Positions 46,895-55,300 of a stretch of 64,000 bases of DNA are shown here, one piece after another. Location: positions 4,697-68,696 of the forward strand of contig JANNYA010000199.1 in assembly GCA_031409855.1 (NCBI GenBank). Direction: 5' to 3'. The DNA is from Rhodanobacteraceae bacterium (GTDB lineage Bacteria; Pseudomonadota; Gammaproteobacteria; Xanthomonadales; SZUA-5). The notes under the pieces were generated by a model that saw nothing but the letters and a program-made list of their open reading frames with translations, had not been told where the DNA came from and searched no databases. The translations under genes and the position numbers were made by a program. The number at the start of each line of letters is the position of its first letter. Position 1 is the stretch's first letter.

Positions 46895-47320
46895 ATGAGC
46901 AGTATTCTTCGAATTTCTGGTGAGTCATTGGACATAGATGCTCTGCTGTCCGTGTTTTCACTTCCATTTGACCGCATCTGGAGGAAGGGTGAGCCTCGTG
47001 TTCTCAAAGGCAAGCTCCATTCCAATTCAGGCGCCAACTTTCTGGCTAGTGACGCAGACCTTGATGAGTTTGATCGTCAGGTTTCGGATGCCACCGATTA
47101 TTTGGAGCTACATTCGCCAATAATAGCGAAAATGGTTGAATTTCCAGGAGTGCAAAATGCCGTTCTTGATTTCGGATTTTCACTCTACGAAGGCAATGTT
47201 ACTCAATTTTCATTTCTTCCACCAAAGCTAGTCCGGCTTTCGGCAAGCGCAGGTATTGGGCTGGAAATCTCCCATTACGCGTGCAACAAAGTCGATGAAG
47301 ACATGTTGCCTAACGAATAA
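46895..47320 (+). CDS. DUF4279-like small cytoplasmic protein
   Basis: AGGAGA SD sequence; starts 21 nt after the PrsW gene. LRISGESLDIDALLSVFSLPFDRIWRKGEP ... IGLEISHY resembles the DUF4279 pattern (recollection, moderate confidence). Confidence 0.55.
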   Translation: MSSILRISGESLDIDALLSVFSLPFDRIWRKGEPRVLKGKLHSNSGANFLASDADLDEFDRQVSDATDYLELHSPIIAKMVEFPGVQNAVLDFGFSLYEGNVTQFSFLPPKLVRLSASAGIGLEISHYACNKVDEDMLPNE

Positions 47321-47347
47321 AGATAGCTCGCGCGCAGCCGCAGCAGC

Positions 47348-49363
47348 CTATCCGCCCCGCATTTGTTTCAACAATGCCTGTGTGGCCTTGGCAAAAGCTT
47401 CGGCCTCTAACGCTGATGCATTGGCTAAATCGTCTGCATAACTCAGGGCAATATAGCGTTGTGTCAGTTCGTCAAACGCATCAAACCATGGCTTTTGTGC
47501 AGCCGCGAGTTGCACGCGAACTAGAAAATCGCGCGGCCCTTCGGCGCTTTCGCGCTCGAAACCCAGTTGCGCAAGCCGCTTGAGCACGCGCAAATAGTGA
47601 ATTTGCACAGGGTTTTCCGATCTGCGGTCGCGATACCACACGATCAGCGCCCAGAGGCCGCCTAGGCCTGCAAGTACACCCGCTAGCGTGCCGACCAGTT
47701 GTTCCCAACCGGCGTTAGCTACACCGAATGACTTAAACAAATCAGCCTGGCGCGCGGCGTTGAAATTTAGCACCGTGCGATTCCACCAGTCCGCTATTTG
47801 ATCGCGGCGTTCGCGCAGTGCGCGCATGAAATCCGACTGATTTTCGCCGAACGCTTCGCGGGCAGCGGCGTCAACCCGTTCTGGCGGCACTTGTCCGGTC
47901 GGATCGATGCGTTGCCACACATTATCAATAAGCACTTCATTCCATGCGTGCGCGCGGGCTTTGGTGACTAAAAAATAACCGGCATTATCGCGATATTCGC
48001 CGCCGGCAAAGCCGGTTGTCACCCGCGTCGGCACGCCCGCTGCGCGCATCAAAGTGGCGAAACTGCTGGAAAAATGTTGGCAAAAGCCCGCGCGGGTATC
48101 AAACAAAAATTCATCGGTGGTATGAATTCCTAAAAACTCGGGCGGCGCAAGCGTGTAGCGAAACGGTTGCTCGCGATACATCGCTAATGCTGCAGCGACA
48201 ATGGCCGCCGGGTCTTTTTGATACTGCTGCGCAAACTGCTGGCCGAGTGCAATGGTGCGCGGGTTGCGATCGGGTGGTAGGCGCAGCGCCCAAAGGCGCT
48301 CTTGTGGCACGTATCGCCCCGGCGGCACCGTTGAGCTTAAGGCTGAGCTGGCCCGATAGCGCAAAAGGTCGCTAATTGGCGTGGTGCGAAAAAAGCGCTG
48401 CTCTGAGTTATAAAACACCGAGCTTTCGCCGACTGAAATTGCTTGATCTGCCACGAACAGCATGCGCTGATCCGTGGGTTCCAGAATTACCTCGTAGTTC
48501 AAATCTTGCGGCGACGCGGCGCTCGGGCGCATCAGATGGCTGCGTATTTCGCCGGTGCTCCAGGTGCCGTCCCCACCCAGATCCCACAGCACCGGGCCGC
48601 GAAAATACAGGCTGTTTCGATCCGGGCGAACGCCGTTGTCGAAACGAATGCGCATCAAGGGGCTGTCATCAATCAATAGCTCCGCCATGCTGCCCGGCGT
48701 CATCGTGTTCGACAAACCACTGCGGCCATTGTCGCTCTCGGTAGTGCCCCACAAAGGCGTCGATAAGCGTGGAAATAGCAGCCATAGCGCCAAGGTCACC
48801 GGGATCGCTAAGCTCAACAACGTCAGCACTTCTTTCGTGCCCAAGCGCCCGAATGGCGATCCGCTTGGACCGCCGACGGCGGGGCGTGAAAGCACTTCTA
48901 ATGCGCCAAAGCAAAAAATCGTGGCTATGGCACTCAGAATCAAGGCCATGAAGCTTTGCGACATTAAAAAACTGGCTACCAATAAGAAAAACGAGGTGCA
49001 CACCATCAGTCGCGCATCCCGCGTGCTGGCGCTTTCGGTGGACTTCAGTGCCAGCATCAGCAGCAATAGTGCGCCGCCCGGGCCACGCCCATAAAAACTG
49101 CCATAGTTGGTAACGACCAAGCTAACAAAGGCGGCAATGAGCACGACGCGCAACCACATCGGCCACGCTTGCGGATGACGTCGTGCGGTGCTGGCACGAA
49201 TGCCCAAAATCACGACCAAACAGAGACTGATCGACCACTCTAGCCACAGCAGCGCCGGTAAGCTAGCCGCAGCAAGCGCCATCACCGAGTATTGAAACTG
49301 CATCGGTGACAGCAGGGGTTTGCCGGGCTTGTTGCTTGGCGTGTTGCTTGGCACCTTACTCAT
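47348..49363 (-). CDS. tgpA: Transglutaminase-like membrane protein (DUF3488 + TGase core), TgpA-type
   Basis: N-terminal multi-TM region. The TGase triad context is GFCQHFSSSF (Cys), AHAWNEV (His) and IDPTG (Asp). A C-terminal TM helix follows. Confidence 0.9.
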   Translation of the reverse strand: MSKVPSNTPSNKPGKPLLSPMQFQYSVMALAAASLPALLWLEWSISLCLVVILGIRASTARRHPQAWPMWLRVVLIAAFVSLVVTNYGSFYGRGPGGALLLLMLALKSTESASTRDARLMVCTSFFLLVASFLMSQSFMALILSAIATIFCFGALEVLSRPAVGGPSGSPFGRLGTKEVLTLLSLAIPVTLALWLLFPRLSTPLWGTTESDNGRSGLSNTMTPGSMAELLIDDSPLMRIRFDNGVRPDRNSLYFRGPVLWDLGGDGTWSTGEIRSHLMRPSAASPQDLNYEVILEPTDQRMLFVADQAISVGESSVFYNSEQRFFRTTPISDLLRYRASSALSSTVPPGRYVPQERLWALRLPPDRNPRTIALGQQFAQQYQKDPAAIVAAALAMYREQPFRYTLAPPEFLGIHTTDEFLFDTRAGFCQHFSSSFATLMRAAGVPTRVTTGFAGGEYRDNAGYFLVTKARAHAWNEVLIDNVWQRIDPTGQVPPERVDAAAREAFGENQSDFMRALRERRDQIADWWNRTVLNFNAARQADLFKSFGVANAGWEQLVGTLAGVLAGLGGLWALIVWYRDRRSENPVQIHYLRVLKRLAQLGFERESAEGPRDFLVRVQLAAAQKPWFDAFDELTQRYIALSYADDLANASALEAEAFAKATQALLKQMRGG

Positions 49364-50346
49364 GGCGTTAATGCCAGTTGTTTTAAGCAGCTAAGCAAGT
49401 GTGCGGCACCCTGGCCAGAAGCTGATGCTTGATTCGGTAGGCGCAGCTCAAAATTTGCCTGCTCGGCGGCGGCGCGCACGCACCAGGCGGCAAGCCGACT
49501 GAGCTTGGCTTCGTGCGCCAAGCCCTGAATGTGCTGGTAGTCCAAAACCAATTCGGACGAAGTCGGCGTTTCCAGCTCACGCGTGCGCAGCTCGCCCGCA
49601 CGCGCAGAAGCGCGCCAAGCAATTTGGCGCGGCGCATCGCCCGGGCGATAAGCGCGTAAATTGCGCAAATCTTCATCGCCCGCATGACTCGCTCGCCCCA
49701 GCCCATGCGATGAATCAACCGGTAAATTCGGTGGTTTGGCTTCGAGCATGGGATAGATCAACGCCTGGGTTTCAGGCCAAACATGCGCCCAAACGGTAAA
49801 AAGGCCGAACGGCCACTGCGTAGAAATCGTCAATGGTGGTAATTCCTGCCAGCCGCGTTTCACAGCGGGCAAGGCGAACTGGATGGCGCTGGCACCCGGC
49901 AGCTCGAACTCAACGCGCGTGCCAAATTCAAATTCACCATTGAGGCAGGTGCGTGCCCGGGCGTCGTGCGGATTGATCCCGACCTCGACCGCTAAGTCGC
50001 CACCCGCAAATGCTGGCTGCGCTAACACATGGCTAAACTCTAAGCGGATCAAGTTTCGATGCGCAACGTGCACTGATAAAAACGCCAGCGCACAAAACAA
50101 AAACGCAAATCCTAGCGCTAAATTGTTGTTGTAGTTCAGCGCGCCCAGTGTGCAAACAAACAGCACCAGGGCGGTAAAGCAGCCAAAGCCAGTCGGCAAC
50201 ACATAAAGTCTTTTCTGATTTAGCAAAATCGGTAAGCTGCGGCCGGCGCGCTTGCCCAGTATTCTCGAAAAGCGACTATTTAGGCGCGCTTTTATGCGCT
50301 GCAGCCAGCCAATCAAGCCTATAAATTCGAGCAATTGGCGAATCAA
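49360..50346 (-). CDS. DUF58-domain protein
   Basis: Sits between the MoxR and TGase genes with 4-nt overlaps on both sides. N-terminal TM pair and the motif ..GDEDLRNLRAYRPGD. TTG is the only start candidate at 50346. Confidence 0.85.
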   Translation of the reverse strand: MIRQLLEFIGLIGWLQRIKARLNSRFSRILGKRAGRSLPILLNQKRLYVLPTGFGCFTALVLFVCTLGALNYNNNLALGFAFLFCALAFLSVHVAHRNLIRLEFSHVLAQPAFAGGDLAVEVGINPHDARARTCLNGEFEFGTRVEFELPGASAIQFALPAVKRGWQELPPLTISTQWPFGLFTVWAHVWPETQALIYPMLEAKPPNLPVDSSHGLGRASHAGDEDLRNLRAYRPGDAPRQIAWRASARAGELRTRELETPTSSELVLDYQHIQGLAHEAKLSRLAAWCVRAAAEQANFELRLPNQASASGQGAAHLLSCLKQLALTP

Positions 50347-51293
50347 ATCGCCGCCGTCTTCTTCAAAATCTGAGTTGCTACCGCACGTGCGTTCAAGCCC
50401 GCATCACGTACCGTCAAGCGGTGCGCGGCGACTGCGACAAAGACATGTTGCACATCTTCTGGCAGCACGAAGCCACGGCCGTTCAAAAATGCGATGGCGC
50501 GCGCGCAATTCAGCAGCGCCAAACCTGCGCGCGGACTTAAGCCAAAGCGCAGCTCGGGCGCGGTTCGCGTTGCCGCAATCAGGCGTTGCAGATAGTCCAG
50601 CAAGTTCGCAGATGCCTGTATGTGCTTCAAATTTTGCTGCAGCGTCAGTAATTCCGCTTTAGTAACACACGGCTGCAAGGCTTGCACCATTGCGCGCCGG
50701 TCGGTGCCGGAAAGCAACATGCGCTCGTGCGCGGGGTCAGGGTAGCCGATCGACAGCGTCAGCATAAAACGATCCAGCTGGGATTCCGGCAGCACAAAGG
50801 TACCGGCCTGCTCGGTTGGGTTTTGCGTTGCGATTACGAAAAATGGCTGATTCAGCGGCCGCGTCGTGCCATCCACCGTGATTTGCGATTCCGCCATCGC
50901 TTCGAGCAGCGCCGACTGCGTTTTTGGCGACCCGCGATTCAACTCGTCAGCTAGTAATAGCTCAGTAAATAATGGGCCGGGAATGAACTCGAAACGTTCT
51001 AAATCGCGCCGGTAAATTGAAACGCCGGTCAAATCGGCGGGTAATAGGTCACTGGTGAACTGCACGCGCTGAAATTTCAGCGCAAACGACTGCGCCAGCG
51101 CGTGTGCCAGCGTGGTTTTCCCCACGCCGGGCAAGTCTTCCAATAAAACATGACCGTTCGCTAACAGCGCCGCTAACACGAGGCGCACAACCTCGGGTTT
51201 GCCGACAATGACTTGGTTGATTTGCGCTTCCGCGCTAAGCAAAGCCGCGCGCGCGGAGTGGGTGGCCGTGGAAGAATTCTGCGAGGCATCCAT
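50343..51293 (-). CDS. MoxR-family AAA+ ATPase
   Basis: Start set at MDASQNSS (51293); the longer ORF would run into the upstream terminator. Walker A LPGVGKT, Walker B LLADELNR and VIATQNP. Confidence 0.92.
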   Translation of the reverse strand: MDASQNSSTATHSARAALLSAEAQINQVIVGKPEVVRLVLAALLANGHVLLEDLPGVGKTTLAHALAQSFALKFQRVQFTSDLLPADLTGVSIYRRDLERFEFIPGPLFTELLLADELNRGSPKTQSALLEAMAESQITVDGTTRPLNQPFFVIATQNPTEQAGTFVLPESQLDRFMLTLSIGYPDPAHERMLLSGTDRRAMVQALQPCVTKAELLTLQQNLKHIQASANLLDYLQRLIAATRTAPELRFGLSPRAGLALLNCARAIAFLNGRGFVLPEDVQHVFVAVAAHRLTVRDAGLNARAVATQILKKTAAI

Positions 51294-51405
51294 AAGCGTA
51301 GGGCGATTGAGTGAAGAGTGTTGAGCATACGTGAGCAAGGGGTGATCAGGATGCGAATTCGTGTACAGCGTGGCGATGGCGCGCATTACAATGAATAGCG
51401 CCCAC

Positions 51406-51433
51406 AAAAAACCCCGCAGCAGCGGGGTTTTTT
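51406..51433. terminator. Bidirectional rho-independent terminator
   Basis: aaaaaaccccgc-agca-gcggggtttttt. It follows the stop of the 51453-52040 gene and insulates the MoxR operon. Confidence 0.9.
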
Positions 51434-51452
51434 TGCGGTGAAAAAACTCTCT

Positions 51453-52040
51453 CTAGCTAGCGCGAGCAGTACGCAAAACCCGATCAGGAACGCTGGCAGC
51501 ATCTTTCAAGCTACCAAGCAAAGCCATCACTTGTTTTTCCAAGGGCGCAAAATCGCCGCGTAAGCCACGAATTTCGTGATACACCACCGCCAGCCAAAGG
51601 GAAACGCCACGCACCTTCATCTGTACGTTTTCATCTTTCAAGCGCTTAAACGCGATTTCGGTGCCATTGCCCCAGGGCGCATAGCGATCTACATTTTCGC
51701 TGCCATATAAATGCGGTATCGATGCCAGCGCTGCGTTGTTCAATTCACGCATTACTAGGCCCAAAAGCTCGCGCCGCTGTAAGGACGTGAACTCGTCGAC
51801 GACTTTGTTGACTTCTTTGAACTGGCGTTTGAGCGCGAAACAGCGCCCCATGGTCAGCGCGCGGATTACAAATTTCATCATCGAACTCCGGGATTTGGTA
51901 GGGGTTAAAACAGCGGTCTGCGAAAAAGTGGCTGCGTCTAAATTGGGCGGCACGGATGCGTTGTTGTTAGTCATTGCTTGCGTAAACATTTTGAACCTCA
52001 CAGACCCCTGCTTGGTAGGGCTATGTTGAAGTATTCGCAA
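51453..52040 (-). CDS. Hypothetical protein (start uncertain)
   Basis: 195-aa ORF followed by its own strong terminator. No recognisable motif. Internal ATGs (MFTQ.., MMKFVIRAL..) are alternative starts. Confidence 0.5.
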   Translation of the reverse strand: MRILQHSPTKQGSVRFKMFTQAMTNNNASVPPNLDAATFSQTAVLTPTKSRSSMMKFVIRALTMGRCFALKRQFKEVNKVVDEFTSLQRRELLGLVMRELNNAALASIPHLYGSENVDRYAPWGNGTEIAFKRLKDENVQMKVRGVSLWLAVVYHEIRGLRGDFAPLEKQVMALLGSLKDAASVPDRVLRTARAS

Positions 52041-52331
52041 ACGTTGGGGATTGACTTACGTCACATTTTGACACACCGCGTCAAATGAGGCGCAATAACA
52101 ACAGAAACAGCGCAACAGTACAAGTATTTTCACGCGTGCTTGACACCTGCCTTTCAGTTGAGTCAAAACTATTCGCGCTTAAAGCCTTAGTATCGCCAGA
52201 AGTTGGCCGCAATCGCGCCGAATTTGCCCTAAATAACGTTTATTTAACGCTTGTAATGATCATGCTTAAAAACGGCTGCGCAGTCTGGAGCGCATTTGAA
52301 ATCACCGAACACCGATCAACCTAGGATTTTT

Positions 52332-55300
52332 ATGCCGCGTCACTCGCTTTTTGGACTTTCGCCTACCTCGCTTTTGCCTGCCTTGCTTTTATCGGTCGGT
52401 CTGCTCAGTTTTGGCCTTTCTGGTTGCTCCAAAGAGGGCGTTAATTCCGCGCCCGCTGCTATTGAGGCGAAAGCCGCAACGGCACAAGTACAGTCGGGTT
52501 TTTATGTGGCATTGATTAACTCGGCGGTCGTCGACGCTGAGCCTGCTATTGAGCTTTCCACCAGCGAGCCGCTGGCCAGCGAGCAAGATTTCAACAAGGT
52601 GATCACAGTGACCGATGCTGCGGGCAAAGCGGTCGATGGCGGTTGGAGCTTGGACTACAACGACAACCGTGTAGTGCGCTTTAGCCCCGTTAAATCGGGC
52701 GAGGATTACAAAATTGTGGTCAGCAAAGAGCTGCTGAGCAAATCCGGCGCCCAGTTTGCGAATGATTATGTCGAAACGCTTAAAGGCGTCGAGCAACCGC
52801 CCACGATCGGCTTTTCTGGCCAGGGCAGTGTCTTGCCTGCGCGCGCGACTGAGGGTTTGCCGATACGCACCGTTAACGTTAGCGAAGTAGACGTGCAGTT
52901 TTTACGCGTTAAGGACGCAAATATCTCGGAGGCTATACGTGACCGCGCCTTTCGCGGTGCCCAAGGCGGCTGGCAGCTGAATTATTTGAAGAAAATTACC
53001 GAGAACGTTTACGGCAACCGCTTTCAGATCACTGACACGCACCGCAATAAGCAAATTCTGAGCTTTCTGCCGATCCAAACCATCGCTGAGTTAAAGCGCC
53101 CAGGGCTGTATTACGCGATCATGCGCCGACCAAGTGACTTTGATGAGCAGTTTGAAGTCACGCATTACGTCGTCAGCGATGTCGGCGTACACCTGCGCCG
53201 CTACCAAAACCGCGCCTTGGTTTTAGCGCGCAGTTTGTCCAGCGGTGCCGCGCTTAGTGACGTGCAGATAACGTTGTTGAATAGCTATGGTCAACCCATT
53301 TTGGCGGGCAAAACCAACGCTGATGGACAGGCCAGTTTTGAGCAAGCGCCGAATAATGAAATGGTGCTGTTGGCGCAGGCAGGCGATGACTTGAGCGTGC
53401 TGCCGTTTAATCAACCGGCGCTGGACTTATCCGAGTTTGAAATCACCGGCGGCACTGCGGATGCCAACACCATCCATATTTGGAGCGGCCGAGATTTATA
53501 TCGCCCAGGTGAGGAACTGAAATTTTCGGCGCTGCTGCGTGACTTTGACGGCAAGCCAGTCGCGGCTCAGCCAGTGTTTGCAAATTTGCGCCAGCCGGAT
53601 GGCAAGCTTTACGCCGCCAGCGAATTGAAGGTCAGTGAACTCGGCTATTTAGAATTCAAACGTGCGATGCCGAGCGATGTGCCGACCGGGCGCTGGAAGC
53701 TAGAAATGGGCACGGACCCTGAAGGCAAGGGCCGCCTTCATACCTTTAATTTCCGCATTGAAGAATTTTTGCCAGAACGCCTCAAGCTTGAGCTGGCAAG
53801 TAGGCAAGCGCGGCTTGCACCCGCAGAAGCCTTGAACCTTGATGTGACCGGTGCCTATTTGTACGGCGCGCCAGCAGGTGGTAATCGCTTCACCGCGAAA
53901 TACGTTTTAAGCGCAGATGCCGCTGCCGTGCCGAGCTTGAAAGGCTATATTTTCGGCGATCAAATCAATAAGCCCAAATCTGAGCAAGTCGATGCGATTG
54001 ACGAAACTTTAGGTGCGGATGGCAAGTTGAGCAGTGCGATTGCGATTCCCGGCGATCAAATCAACGGCCCAATCAGTGTCGCGGTCATTGGTGAGCTATT
54101 TGAAACGGGTGGCCGCGCAGTGACGCGTGTGCTTAAGCGTAGTGTCTGGCCCGCCGAGCAATTGGTCGGCGTGCGGCCACTGTTTACTGATAACGATGCC
54201 GGCGGAAATTCGCGCGCGGCGTTTGAAGTCATGCGCGTTGCTGCTGATGGCACGCCAACAGCAGCAAAGGTGCAGGTAAAGTTGGTGCGGGAGCGTCGTG
54301 ATTACCGCTGGAGCTATAAATCCGGCCTAGGCTGGGTGAGTGATTACACCGAATCCTTAAGCGACGGGGAATCACAAGCTTTGGCACTGGACGGCAAAAT
54401 CGCGGGCCGAGTCGAATTCCCGGTGGAATGGGGCAACTATCGCTTAGAAATTACCGATCCAGAAACCAAATTGGTCACGCGCTATCCCTTTTATGCAGGC
54501 TGGAGCTGGGGTAGTGACAATACTGGGCCAGATTCACGCCCGGACAAGGTCAAACTGGCTTTGGATAAGTCCGCCTATAAAGTCGGCGACACACTTAAAC
54601 TTACGATCACTCCGCCCGAGGAAGGCGTCGGTTTGCTGCTGGTGGAATCTGACAAGTTGCTGCAAACGCAAGAATTTAGCGCCGGTAAAACCACGACATT
54701 GGAGCTGAAAATAGCGCCCGAGTGGGATCGCCACGATGTTTATATTTCGGCGATGGTGTTCAAGCCGGGCGATAACTCAAACCACATTACGCCTAAGCGT
54801 GCGATTGGCATGATCCACTTGCCGATGGATCGCGCCGCACGTCAGCTCAAAGTTGTGCTGAGTGCACCGGCAAAAATGCTGCCATCACAAGCCCTAAGCG
54901 CGCAGGTGTCGGTGCCGGAACTGAAATCGCAAACCGCTTACGTCACGGTGCACGCGGTCGATCAGGGCATCACCAATATCACCAATTTCACCGTGCCCGA
55001 CCCGTTCAAGCACTTCTTTGCGCAACGCGCGTTTGCGATTGATTTGTTTGACGTGTATGGCCGAATTATTGAGTCCTTACCCGGCACGTTGGCGAAATTG
55101 CGCTTTGGTGGTGATGGCATGCTCGGCGCATTGCCGCAGGCGAATCGCAGCACTGCAAAGGTGCTGACGGTCGACTTATTTAGCGGCGCCGTCGCACTGG
55201 ATGCGAAAGGAAATGCTACCGTGCCGCTGAGTGTGCCGGATTTTAATGGCAGCCTGAAAGTGTCGGCCGTGGTGTTTTCAGATCAGCGATACGGCTTCGC

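Noticed and set aside
46450-47037. 195-aa minus-strand ORF bridging the PrsW 3' end and the DUF4279-like 5' end
   Set aside because: It crosses two well-supported plus-strand genes and their SD-containing spacer, and has no motif.
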